Source: a virus
Taxonomy: Duplodnaviria > Caudoviricetes
DNA length: 64,000 nt
Reading direction: 5' to 3' (one strand)
IMG/VR virus record: IMGVR_UViG_3300029288_000152
Coordinates: 10,475-74,474 of that record
The notes under the pieces are model-generated. The model was not told the origin of the DNA. It saw only the letters and a program-made list of their open reading frames with translations, and searched no databases. The stretch's first letter is position 1. Every line of letters starts with the position of its first letter. Below are positions 28,201 through 36,959 of the stretch, in pieces. A program made the position numbers and the translations under genes.

Positions 28201-28268
28201 GCAGCGTCGGCTGCCCTCTGGGCTTCGAGGTAGAGTGCGAGATTACTCTTTCGCCGTTGTGGAGGCAT
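25224..28268 (-). CDS. Large Ala/Gly/Pro-rich internal virion (ejection-type) protein
   Basis: 1014 aa; GxxxG-rich segments; position after tail genes as in podoviruses. Confidence 0.65.
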   Translation of the reverse strand: MPPQRRKSNLALYLEAQRAADAAPAQPQVSDLRRYLAMGARGAGALMGLTPVTGAIGGALGETAGELLEETPLSPARIAGEAGVGLLGGGLVSRIGRLAGKPLRAAIEGAMLSGAAPVVRSVVEQQELPDPSEIALSAGLGAGTAGGLTALMGRLGAKVGPAPPTILRGAEMFGEKYGTPTVEGAARIPYTRQATALESPRVQRIVAKEETAAAKAAAAQEKADLIADRQAAITTAIEEGRLTRGRPAVSESVSAPDVEGVGTLSMRTPLKPPKKTTKAPIVNDLDPTLATPQAPRVTLEESRALLAARLAHRTDPTTPLGRMFGTAAKAPEAAEVKFAGWTPAEAGVAPQPYFTLPGGSTTIGEEAVISKGLQVPQYPPFNPEEAAGAVAAKADRIGEMFGRKVPESTPMAREAFLADQQAQIAAQQAATEPAITTPLAKLLNVLPEENLPTQMGNYAIPPNPSAHLLRPGVSTVDLATEKAQQYAPGARITQIKKLLMPEGKGELEKAIRQRSHIDERLAGKPYVPPAEYAPGAPTAARAVEAAVPEVAPVAAASDDWMKQVEAEIQAAQEAKVAAQGANVAPTPPAINPGRALFQSLKEGQKGAISPKLLARLGLGTAGALAGGTMTPEDPLAGAVMGGVAGAALPSLPGIVKGLTQLGAKPEALANLETQVQTSGGIKEAAKRIAESMPAIQRFNYLASPIGLPANALFGPYGSAYMSAIEHVLSGDSRGWQVLREMTPMAFAKEYPKAFDEAASLIAHAQEGAAVGRAEVIGGKLGRQAEGYLALPGVAMTAGDVTARRFLERAGFSGDEARRITLTSEPFTRWGHGGASLKSWLWNMLFPFKRTPINIAEQGGLRTPGLGSLLQALPGAPPASVRTQLVRQGMGVGSALGAEQIGEHLTPEQARTYRRYLTNLGGQYSAPVAVGFTVGQARRAGRPMTQGLVRGAMNALPLPSGDPLLEWGRFLQAPRTAEVPRGAYPAVLRESIGPFLKWLKGQQPSEFNRLFPKVK

Positions 28269-29344
28269 TACTGCTCCTCTTCAAACTCACTCATATCCAC
28301 GTCTTCGAGGTCGCCCAGCGTGGCCAGCAACAGGCCCTGCAGTTGGGCAGCCACTGCCTGCCCTTCATCTGTGGCACCCTGCGCACTGCTCATGAGTCGA
28401 GAGAGCGCGGTTGCTAGTTGCCCAGCATAGGCAATCTTGCTCGATTTCTCGGCTTGTGCAGCGCGACTGCCTTCCACTCCGAGCCGACTCTTGGCACCAG
28501 CCACTTGCCCTTGGAACTGAGCCTCGCCATACGCTGCTTGAGGCATGGCTGCTCGACGGGCCTTGGCTTCCAACGCACCAAAGACCGCAGGATGTGCAGC
28601 GGTCAATCCGGCCATGATCTCTTCCTGCTGCTTCCGGGCTTGGAGACGATTGTAGTCCTCAGGTTCCAAGCGTTCCTTCAACTCATCCTGCCAATACTGA
28701 GTCACGCCGGGAGCTGTGGTGCCCGGTTCAGCATTGGCGAGGCGCATCAACTCTTCAAGATTTCCCATACTCCCACCCACATCGGCTATGGTAGTGGGTA
28801 CACCGTATCCTCCACTTGGCCCTGCACTGGCACGTTGAGTCCCAGATGTTATGCCCCCACCAGGGATATAAGGTTTATCTTGGTACTCAGTCGATTCCAA
28901 ACCTTGTAGGGCACCCATAGAACCCATCTCAGCTCGCTTGTTCGCTGCGGCTTTCTGGGATTCAGGAGTGGATAGAGTCATCCCTGTTCCGCCTGCCATA
29001 ACTGTCGGATTGTAGGCGGAAGGTACTCCGCTACCCTTCTCAGGAGGGAGAAGCTCACTGACCTCTCCCATCGCAGGATACGATGTCGCGCTTGGCCAAT
29101 CAGCGGTAGGTGGCTCAGTCAAGGATGGCTTTGGGGGGGCCGTAGTAGCCCACTGACCCGCTTTCTGCAACGCATCGAGCGCAGCATCCATGGTGCGCGT
29201 CGGCAAGCTGAAAACTCGGCCAATAGGAGACTCTGGAGGGAACATAGGGGCAGGCGGAACCGTAGCCACTTCAGGCTCTATGCCTGCTTGTGTGGCTAAT
29301 TGCCACTCACGAGCGGTTCGAGGAGGTCTCTGTGGATCTGCCAT
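28268..29344 (-). CDS. Putative internal virion/ejection protein
   Basis: 358 aa, low complexity. Confidence 0.6.
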   Translation of the reverse strand: MADPQRPPRTAREWQLATQAGIEPEVATVPPAPMFPPESPIGRVFSLPTRTMDAALDALQKAGQWATTAPPKPSLTEPPTADWPSATSYPAMGEVSELLPPEKGSGVPSAYNPTVMAGGTGMTLSTPESQKAAANKRAEMGSMGALQGLESTEYQDKPYIPGGGITSGTQRASAGPSGGYGVPTTIADVGGSMGNLEELMRLANAEPGTTAPGVTQYWQDELKERLEPEDYNRLQARKQQEEIMAGLTAAHPAVFGALEAKARRAAMPQAAYGEAQFQGQVAGAKSRLGVEGSRAAQAEKSSKIAYAGQLATALSRLMSSAQGATDEGQAVAAQLQGLLLATLGDLEDVDMSEFEEEQ

Positions 29345-29349
29345 AATAG

Positions 29350-29751
29350 TTACCTTCCGGCTCGCTTCAAGCCTGCCAGAGCTAGTTCATACATGCTCAT
29401 GCGTGGAGAAACCCCCGGCATAAGCCCTGCCGTGGTGAGCGTGTCCGCTCCCGGCTGGAAAGAGTCCTGCTGAGGATTGAGCTTAACCTTACCCGATGGC
29501 GCTGCCCCACTCTGCCGTTGTGTGGCATCAATGTAGCGTGCCCAGAGGGGCTGGCTGGCACTCAAGTCTCGTCCAAAGGGGCCTTGCGTGGTATCTTCAG
29601 GCCCGAAGTATCCCGGCACATACTGCTTCGGGGCTTGGGTCTGGGGCACATCAAGACTGGGATCGGACCAGATGGTGGGCGGATTGTCTCCTGCCACAGC
29701 CCCACCGACACCCGTGATCGGCATGTAGGGTTTATTGAGTCGGATCGCCAT
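29350..29751 (-). CDS. Low-complexity late protein ending ALAGLKRAGR
   Basis: 133 aa. Confidence 0.7.
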   Translation of the reverse strand: MAIRLNKPYMPITGVGGAVAGDNPPTIWSDPSLDVPQTQAPKQYVPGYFGPEDTTQGPFGRDLSASQPLWARYIDATQRQSGAAPSGKVKLNPQQDSFQPGADTLTTAGLMPGVSPRMSMYELALAGLKRAGR

Positions 29752-29912
29752 TACTTCTTCTCCTTCAAGAGCGTCTCAATCGCGGCGAGGCGGTCGAGCA
29801 GTCCCGATCCCTTAGCCTTGGGCTGCCGAATGGTCTTGAGGGCATCAGCGGCTTCCTGCCAGTTACACGGGGCTGGAGATGTGCCATAGGTCCAAGGTTT
29901 GATCGGTTTCAT
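29751..29912 (-). CDS. 53-aa late protein, absent from ORF track
   Basis: MKPIKPWTYG..LDRLAAIETLLKEKK; fills the gap exactly with TAATG overlap. Confidence 0.65.
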   Translation of the reverse strand: MKPIKPWTYGTSPAPCNWQEAADALKTIRQPKAKGSGLLDRLAAIETLLKEKK

Positions 29913-30437
29913 CTAGTAGATCCTTCTCAACTGGGCGAGGATGTTGTCATACTGGGGGGGAATGCGCTGTCCAATGCCCAAGCCGAGTTCATCAGCCATG
30001 GGGATGGACGTAATGGGTGTGGACTCTACAGCGGCTTGTAGGCCCGCCAACGCCGCCGAGTCAACGGGTGCATTGGTCCCAGCCGCTGCTGGCAGACCCC
30101 CTCCCCCCGCTATGGGTTCAGCGACAGGTGCCGGGGTGGGTTCAGGCGCTGGCGCTGGAGTAGGAGTGGTTGGAGCCGTCGGTGCAGCTGGAAGAGGCGC
30201 AGCCGCCTTGCGCGTCTGGTACTCATCGTACATCGCCTTGTTCTTCCAGACCGTGCCATCAGGCGCATGATAGTTCGAGGCCCCGCCGCCATCTGCCGCA
30301 TGCTGCAACCCCGCGACTGGCTGTGATGCGCCTGCCTGTGTAGATGAAGCCGGTTGTTCCGGCGTGGCTTGCGGCCTGCCTTGCCGAGGAAACTGGCTGG
30401 ACGGCGTTTGCCGCCGAGGGAGAACAAGTCCACCCAT
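29913..30437 (-). CDS. Pro/Ala-rich late protein (AALAGLQA; ends LRRIY)
   Basis: 174 aa. Confidence 0.7.
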   Translation of the reverse strand: MGGLVLPRRQTPSSQFPRQGRPQATPEQPASSTQAGASQPVAGLQHAADGGGASNYHAPDGTVWKNKAMYDEYQTRKAAAPLPAAPTAPTTPTPAPAPEPTPAPVAEPIAGGGGLPAAAGTNAPVDSAALAGLQAAVESTPITSIPMADELGLGIGQRIPPQYDNILAQLRRIY

Positions 30438-30438
30438 C

Positions 30439-31053
30439 TTAGTACCTACCCGTCATCAAACCCTTTTTGGCCTGTTCGGCCAAGTAATCTTGCTGCTGAA
30501 CTTGATCCTGCATCGAGGTGCGCTTCTGGGCTTCCTGCATGGCCGCAGGATTGGCCCCACCAAGCGTCTCATTCACCCGTGTTTCTGGAGTAGGAGCCGC
30601 TGCCTGCAGTCCAGTCAAGGCTGGGGCAGGAGGATTGCTGGCACCCGGAGGTGTAATGCCCCATGCCGCAGACATGTCGAAGGAGGGAGGCGGCGCAGTA
30701 GGAGACATGACGGCAGATTTCTGCACATCATATGGTCTCGCTAACGCAGGCTCTTCTTGAGTAGTAGCACCACCAGCCACGTTGATGTATGGTCTCGATT
30801 GAGCGATCTGAGGAACCGCAGGAAGCGCAGCGGGTGGCACTCGCGTCCCAGCATCAATCGGTAGCGGTGTCGGTCCCGGACTGCCCATCCGTGGCCCCAT
30901 CTGAGGGGGAAGGGCTGGCAAGGGCTTGGGCTTCGCGACAGGTGGGCGGGTCGTGACGACACCGGGACTAGGCGTGGTTGGAGATCCTCCCCCCGCCCAC
31001 TGCCAGTCATTCTGCTCCTTGCCCGATTCCCCTTGCTTCTTTGTCCACGCCAT
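30439..31053 (-). CDS. Pro-rich late protein (PALTGLQA; ends TGRY)
   Basis: 204 aa. Confidence 0.7.
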   Translation of the reverse strand: MAWTKKQGESGKEQNDWQWAGGGSPTTPSPGVVTTRPPVAKPKPLPALPPQMGPRMGSPGPTPLPIDAGTRVPPAALPAVPQIAQSRPYINVAGGATTQEEPALARPYDVQKSAVMSPTAPPPSFDMSAAWGITPPGASNPPAPALTGLQAAAPTPETRVNETLGGANPAAMQEAQKRTSMQDQVQQQDYLAEQAKKGLMTGRY

Positions 31054-31054
31054 C

Positions 31055-31924
31055 TTAGTACCTCGCTGAGAACAAGCCTAGTAGGGATGGGGCGAGACTG
31101 ATATTCTGTCCCCGTTGCGTGATGCCCCCCTGATACTTCGTCTTGGCGATGTCGAGTTGGCTTGCCACATCCTGAATGGCCTGTTCCCGTGCCACATCGC
31201 TCAACTCACCGGCTCCCGCACCCATCAAGCCACGCGTGTTGGCAGCTTCAATGCCTGAGCCTTCAATCCCTCTCCCGACCATCTGGTTCTGGAGGGCATC
31301 GAGTGCCCCTCGATACGTGTTGGCCGTGCGATCCTTGGCCCGGAGCCAAGCGGCATTTGACGCCGCAGAGGTGTCAGGGAATTCGACGCCCCCTCCACCA
31401 GTGGTCGTTGTGTCACTGCTACTCCCCATCCCAATGGCATCCATGATCTTGGGCAGTTGCCCTAAACGCCGAGACTCAGCTTGGGCTTGTAGAGCGGCTT
31501 CCGCATTTTCCTGCTGCTCAGCCAACTGTTGGGCCTGCGTCCGCCCAGCCATCTCGATCTCGCCCTGCTGAGTCCGAGCACCAGTATCAATCTCCCCCTG
31601 CTGGGTGCGAGCCGCTGTGCCAAACCCCGCAGCCTGTGCTGCCGCTGTCGCATCCAGAGCAGCCTGCTGCTCAGCTAAGGCTCGCTGGGCATCTGTCTGC
31701 ACACCCGTGGATGCCTTCAATCCCGTCAAGGCTGGAGACTCCTGCCCCGGAGAGATGGGCGCATACTGGGCAGGCCCTCCGGCATAGTTCCCTGCCGTCG
31801 CAGGGCTGGTCGTTTGAGTGACCTGTGCCTGCTCCTTGGCCTTCGCCGCTGCTTGGGCTGCTGCATAGGATTCTACATCCCTGTAGTACTTGCCCCCCAC
31901 CGACCCACCAGTAAACATGCCCAT
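31055..31924 (-). CDS. Ala/Gln-rich ejection/pilot-like protein (PALTGLKA; ends SARY)
   Basis: 289 aa; QQGEI repeats. Confidence 0.7.
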   Translation of the reverse strand: MGMFTGGSVGGKYYRDVESYAAAQAAAKAKEQAQVTQTTSPATAGNYAGGPAQYAPISPGQESPALTGLKASTGVQTDAQRALAEQQAALDATAAAQAAGFGTAARTQQGEIDTGARTQQGEIEMAGRTQAQQLAEQQENAEAALQAQAESRRLGQLPKIMDAIGMGSSSDTTTTGGGGVEFPDTSAASNAAWLRAKDRTANTYRGALDALQNQMVGRGIEGSGIEAANTRGLMGAGAGELSDVAREQAIQDVASQLDIAKTKYQGGITQRGQNISLAPSLLGLFSARY

Positions 31925-32023
31925 AATCTTTTCCTTTACTCAAAGGTCCAAGTGCCATCCAAGCTAGGTTCCGCGAAGGTCAACGCGTCGAGGGTGATGG
32001 TTAGAACCATATAGATACCCCTC

Positions 32024-34897
32024 CTAACGAGCACGAGCCGACGAGATGATCCCGGTCTCATCCAAGATGGTCACTATCGTCCGATCCCACATCGGAAACT
32101 TCGCGCACGCTCGAAGTTCATCGATCTCACCCTGAAGTGTCTTGATCGCGTTCACGACTGCCGCCAGCACTGGACGATCATTGAAGGTGTACCAGCCCCT
32201 TAAGTCTTTCCCCACCGCTTGGGGAATGTACCGCATCACATTCTGGGCTGAGAACCCTGCGTACGTGTTGATCGTATCCAATCCCGACTCCTTCGTGTGT
32301 TTGTAGAGAATAGGCACCACACATAGAAGTTCGGCCAACCCTGCACCGAACGGCCCTTGAATGTCCTTCAGCCGTTCGTCAGACACGGCAGTAATCAGGC
32401 CAGCCGCGTCGGTTGTGAGGGTACCTGCCCCGTACTGGGTGAACTTGATCAACGAGGTCGCGCCCACAAGCCGGAGTTGCTCTGTAAGGGCATCTCCCGT
32501 GTTGTTGTAGTAGATGAGATCGGATTTGAGCGTGCCCACGGCTGTCGCTTGAGCACGATAGAGACCGAGACCGTTCGCGTTCGCGGGGGCACCCGTCCCC
32601 ACCAAGAAGTAGAACGTGGCACCAGCCCCACTCGTGGCGTCCGTGTTCCGCATGATGAGGTCGGTCACGGCTCCGCCCACGCTGGTCTGAGACAAGTCCA
32701 GCAGGGCTTGCGGAGCCACGATGTTCATCCCCACAAACCCTGCGCTATCAATCGTCACCCGCACCGCGCCGTTGGTCGCCAGTTGTGTCGGGTACGCGCC
32801 TGAATGTCCAAACACGGCAGCGTATGCCGATGATCCGGTGAAGTACCCCGCTCCGACACTTCGCTCCGCTCCAACGTAGACGTTCCCTCCGGTGTTGTTG
32901 TAGAGCGTTCCAACCTTGTTCGTCCCTGTGGAACTCACGAGATAGAGTTGGGCGGTGGCCGCTTCGAGGTGCAGCAAGATCAGGGGATTTACCGTGCCAA
33001 TCCCTACCAAGCCGCCCTTGAAGTAGATCCCCGCCGTGCTGGACGGTCCTACCCATGATTCAGCGGCAGTGGTATGTGCAGCAACCGCAGTAGTAGTCAG
33101 CCCTGTAATAGTTGGGGTCACTGACCATGCTACGTCTGTCCCATTACTGGTTAGTACCGAATTGGCGGCCCCAACCACCAGTTCCGCCCACTTGGGCGTC
33201 GAGTTCCCATAGATGAGTGAGCCACGGGAAACGTCATCAGCTACTGAATCACTGTGGACCGATCCGTCCAGCAGGGCGTGAGCAGTAGCAGGCCATGTCG
33301 CAGGATTTGCGTGTTGATGATCTCGCCGCGCTGCTACAACAGCCGTTCCTACACCAGCCGCATCACTAGGCGCATTGGTGGTTGGAACGGTGGCATCGAA
33401 GAGGGCCTTCCAAGATGGACGGGTCTCACCATTCGCCACAGCCAGATGATTGATCAGTCCAGCCGCAGGAACGGAAATGGCCAAGCGACTCCATTTAGGA
33501 GTCACATTCCCAATGAGGACATCGCCATCAAGCACTGAATCTACTAAAGTGTCCCCATGCGTGGCGCTCAGGACATCATGGGCCACCCATGCTCCCAATG
33601 CAGCCCATGCAGGCAGCGCAGCAGCCCCAGCACTGGTCAGCACCTCTCCTACGTTACCAACCCCCACCACATTCTGGAACGCTCCAGTCGCGGTCGTGCC
33701 TGCACAGATGACACTATAGGCAGTGAATGTGCTCGCTCCAGTCCCCCCATCAGCCACAGGGACATCCGTGCCACTGGCCCGATAGACATAGGCCCCACCA
33801 ATGGTCACAGCAGTGGGAATGTCTGTCAGCCAGAGGACATCAGTAGCATTTGAGCCTAGCAGTGAGTTGGCAGCAAAGGCAAGTCGTGCCCATTTGGGAG
33901 TCGCATTGCCATACAAGACATCGCCACGAATCACGGTGTCTGCAAGCGTGTCAGTATGGGTATCTGAAAGCACCACATGAGCTACAGCAGGCACGGCTTG
34001 GAAACTGGCGGCAAGTGTGGCCCCATTGCTAGTCAGAACATGACCAGCAGTGCTCGGAGCAATCACCCCAAGGACATTGGCAGCGGTTGCAGTGGGAATA
34101 TCTCCTTTGGCAAAGGTGTCAGGAATGGTGAATGTAGAGTAGGCTGGTACTGTACTGGTACCTGCTGATCTCAGCAGCTTCCCTGCTGCTACTGCAGTAA
34201 TGGATCCACCAGTATTGGTGGTGGTCGCTACAAAGAGGTCGCCAGTGGTCATCACGTTGGGGAGAACTAAGGTAGACCATTCAGGAGCAGTGGCTGCACC
34301 CGCCCCTCTTAGATAGCGCCCAGCCAACCCTGCAGAAAGGCGGGACCAGGCGTTGAGGGCTGATCCATACAAGAGATCGCCTACAGCTACCGCAGTCTGT
34401 TCTGTGCCTCCCTGAGTCGCATCCAAGGCTCCCGTGCAGTCTGTCGCCAGATCCACGAGGCTCCACGCAGGAATCGCTCCCACTCCCCCTGAATGGAGCG
34501 TTCGATACACGGCCACATCTACCACACTCCCAATGGTATTGGTATCGGTCGCAATGAGGATGTCACCCTTGACGGCTGCATTAGGCAGGGTGAGGGTGGA
34601 CCAGAGGGGAGCAGTGGCTAATCCCCCGCTTCTCAGGTACTTCCCAGCCGTGACATCAGCGAGTTTGGAGAGGGTAGTAGCGCCACTAGCATAGATCAAG
34701 TCCCCCACCGTGTAGCTCGTGATGTAGGTTCCACCGTTGGCCACGGTCAGGGGGAAGATCCCACTCGTCATGTCAAAGGTGACGACCAGCGCCCCAGAGG
34801 CCAGATCCGCGAACAACCGTTGAAAGTTGTCGTTGATGGCCTCGATCATCTCTTGGGTGATCGGCCACGTGATCTTATCTAGCGCTCGACATGTCAC
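32024..34897 (-). CDS. Tail fibre with C-terminal intramolecular chaperone (peptidase S74)
   Basis: GD[LIV] repeats; SDERLKDI..GFSAQNV..LAAVVNAIKTL. Confidence 0.9.
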   Translation of the reverse strand: MTCRALDKITWPITQEMIEAINDNFQRLFADLASGALVVTFDMTSGIFPLTVANGGTYITSYTVGDLIYASGATTLSKLADVTAGKYLRSGGLATAPLWSTLTLPNAAVKGDILIATDTNTIGSVVDVAVYRTLHSGGVGAIPAWSLVDLATDCTGALDATQGGTEQTAVAVGDLLYGSALNAWSRLSAGLAGRYLRGAGAATAPEWSTLVLPNVMTTGDLFVATTTNTGGSITAVAAGKLLRSAGTSTVPAYSTFTIPDTFAKGDIPTATAANVLGVIAPSTAGHVLTSNGATLAASFQAVPAVAHVVLSDTHTDTLADTVIRGDVLYGNATPKWARLAFAANSLLGSNATDVLWLTDIPTAVTIGGAYVYRASGTDVPVADGGTGASTFTAYSVICAGTTATGAFQNVVGVGNVGEVLTSAGAAALPAWAALGAWVAHDVLSATHGDTLVDSVLDGDVLIGNVTPKWSRLAISVPAAGLINHLAVANGETRPSWKALFDATVPTTNAPSDAAGVGTAVVAARRDHQHANPATWPATAHALLDGSVHSDSVADDVSRGSLIYGNSTPKWAELVVGAANSVLTSNGTDVAWSVTPTITGLTTTAVAAHTTAAESWVGPSSTAGIYFKGGLVGIGTVNPLILLHLEAATAQLYLVSSTGTNKVGTLYNNTGGNVYVGAERSVGAGYFTGSSAYAAVFGHSGAYPTQLATNGAVRVTIDSAGFVGMNIVAPQALLDLSQTSVGGAVTDLIMRNTDATSGAGATFYFLVGTGAPANANGLGLYRAQATAVGTLKSDLIYYNNTGDALTEQLRLVGATSLIKFTQYGAGTLTTDAAGLITAVSDERLKDIQGPFGAGLAELLCVVPILYKHTKESGLDTINTYAGFSAQNVMRYIPQAVGKDLRGWYTFNDRPVLAAVVNAIKTLQGEIDELRACAKFPMWDRTIVTILDETGIISSARAR

Positions 34898-36465
34898 CGG
34901 CGTCCCACCTCAAAGAAGGGTAGTTCAATGCCGTAGATTTCGCACCCGACCCCAGTAGCTTGGCTGAGATTGAGTTGCACAAATCGGCCCTGCCCCAGAC
35001 GGCGGAGGCGCTCCCGGCCCAGTGTGAGGGTGTGCGAGATGGCCGTTCCCGCTGATGCCGCCAGAGAGCCCACCTTGGGCGTGATGGTCAAGGTACCAGA
35101 GCCCTGAATCTTGGAGATGATGGTCGGTTCAAGCCACACCTTCTCAATGTCTGGAGTATTGGCAGACCAGAATGGCGTATCCACCAGCATCGCCACGGCG
35201 GTCGATGCCCCATCCACGTAGGACCCGGCATTGTCCTTCCAGAGGAAGCCATTGCTGCTCCCAATGACAGGAAGCAGGACATCATTGCTGTCATTGAGTT
35301 GACTGCCACAGGTGGGCGTAAACTCACTCGTCAAGTGTGGCCCCCACCACGTATCGTCATCGATGTTCCACTCGATCCAGCGGTTGATCGTGGTTCCACC
35401 CGTAGCGGCTAGGAACAGTTGATACGTGTTCCCCACCGGATCGTAGCGGCTGAAGGCATTGACAAACTGCCCACGATTGAAGTAGGTGTCCGTCGAGAAC
35501 CACGACTTGACCTTGGCATCGGAGACACAGGCCAACCCCCCGGAGCCATAGGTATAGATACCGGGAGGGTTGCCGAGGAAGATCAGTTGATCGCGGATCA
35601 CTTGCACAGACTCATGGGAGAGGATGCCGTAACCCTCGGCCACGCCAGAGCGTGTAAAGTTGGCTTCCTCCGTCCCGGTGATCTTGTGCAGGGAATCCAA
35701 CCGCGAGACCACTAACTCATCCCGGCGGGGGACAATGGCCGTGATCCCGACCTGATCCTTCCCCTTGGGGGGAATGGGAATGGAGTTGTCCGCAGGCCAC
35801 GCGTAGAACTTGCCATTGGATGACCAGCGGAGGTCATCGAGTTCCACGCTCGTCCGCCCCCAGAGGCGGTTCTTCCACGGTTGAATGATTTCCAAGTAGT
35901 TGGGAGCCACACCCAAGTCTGTCGGAGCCGCGACGAGGCTCAGGGAATCATCCGCTAATCCATCCGTGACGCTATCGGAGGAATTGTCATCAATGTCAAT
36001 CCAAGGGTAGAAGGTGGATCCCCCCGCCGTCGTGCGATAGAGCCCTCGGGCGTTAACACAGCTATCCGCGCTCAGGGGCACGCCATTGGCGACCAAGAGT
36101 TGGGCTGCTAGGGCTGCACTGGCTGCCGAGGTCGGGCCAAAGTCAGACTCGTAGAGCGTGGCCTTGGTAATCGGATCCTTGACCTTGAACGTGCAGGTGA
36201 CGAGATACACCCCTGTCAAGCTGCCACTTCCTGTCGCCGTCAGGACAGGGGCTGCCGCAGGCGGGCGAATCGTCAATGGGTAGACATTGCGATTGGTGTC
36301 AATCCACAATGGGCGAGACGGGGAATTGACGACAAACGTGTTCTTGCCCAGCACGCACATGCGCGGAAACTCGGCACTGTTGATGGTCACACCAGTCGGG
36401 AGTGCTAGCGTAGCCGCCGTGCCATCCGTCTGCACGGCGAGGAGCGTTGCTCCGGCCTGGACCAC
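34894..36465 (-). CDS. Tail stabilisation/nozzle protein (P22 gp10-like beta-propeller)
   Basis: WKNRLWG, LRWS and GI..HESV blades; start uncertain (GTG 36465 or ATC 36480). Confidence 0.75.
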   Translation of the reverse strand: MVQAGATLLAVQTDGTAATLALPTGVTINSAEFPRMCVLGKNTFVVNSPSRPLWIDTNRNVYPLTIRPPAAAPVLTATGSGSLTGVYLVTCTFKVKDPITKATLYESDFGPTSAASAALAAQLLVANGVPLSADSCVNARGLYRTTAGGSTFYPWIDIDDNSSDSVTDGLADDSLSLVAAPTDLGVAPNYLEIIQPWKNRLWGRTSVELDDLRWSSNGKFYAWPADNSIPIPPKGKDQVGITAIVPRRDELVVSRLDSLHKITGTEEANFTRSGVAEGYGILSHESVQVIRDQLIFLGNPPGIYTYGSGGLACVSDAKVKSWFSTDTYFNRGQFVNAFSRYDPVGNTYQLFLAATGGTTINRWIEWNIDDDTWWGPHLTSEFTPTCGSQLNDSNDVLLPVIGSSNGFLWKDNAGSYVDGASTAVAMLVDTPFWSANTPDIEKVWLEPTIISKIQGSGTLTITPKVGSLAASAGTAISHTLTLGRERLRRLGQGRFVQLNLSQATGVGCEIYGIELPFFEVGRR

Positions 36466-36472
36466 CCAATAG

Positions 36473-36955
36473 CTAGAGATTTTGGTCCTCCCTTCCTAGT
36501 TTACCCCCATTGCATTGTTTCAGTTGAGACACCAAGACTGCTATTTTGCTAAACCGATCCGTACTGTCTTCCCGCTTAAACCTGCTCCAGCCTCCACGGA
36601 GTACCTTCCTAGCATGTACTTGTTCCCTAATCGCTAGCGCAAGATCGATCTGCGGACGCTTTACTACAGCATAAGGACGGATAGCTCTGTAAAAATCTTC
36701 CGCTTTCTGACAAGTAACAGACCACACATGCAATGGCTTATTGCGGCCTGGGCGAACGAAGTGGCGTTCCAACAGGCTTCCACCAAATGCTGCTTGGAGG
36801 ATGTCCAACGACTCTTTGTTTGTATTCCCTACAATAGCTTTCACTTGGTTGGACCTAGATCGGCTATAACTTGTTGGCGGAGCCTGTACACACCCTTCAC
36901 CATCGAAGAATCCAGCAGCCCAAGCTAGAAACGTAGGTGACAAATCGCTTTGCAT
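36473..36955 (-). CDS. Free-standing LAGLIDADG homing endonuclease
   Basis: WAAGFFDGEGCV; IRPYAVVKRPQIDLAL. Confidence 0.9.
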   Translation of the reverse strand: MQSDLSPTFLAWAAGFFDGEGCVQAPPTSYSRSRSNQVKAIVGNTNKESLDILQAAFGGSLLERHFVRPGRNKPLHVWSVTCQKAEDFYRAIRPYAVVKRPQIDLALAIREQVHARKVLRGGWSRFKREDSTDRFSKIAVLVSQLKQCNGGKLGREDQNL

Positions 36956-36959
36956 AATA

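Noticed and set aside
36473-36955. Group I intron splitting one large tail gene
   Set aside because: The HEG ORF fills the whole gap and leaves no room for a ribozyme core; both flanking ORFs have their own stop and plausible start.
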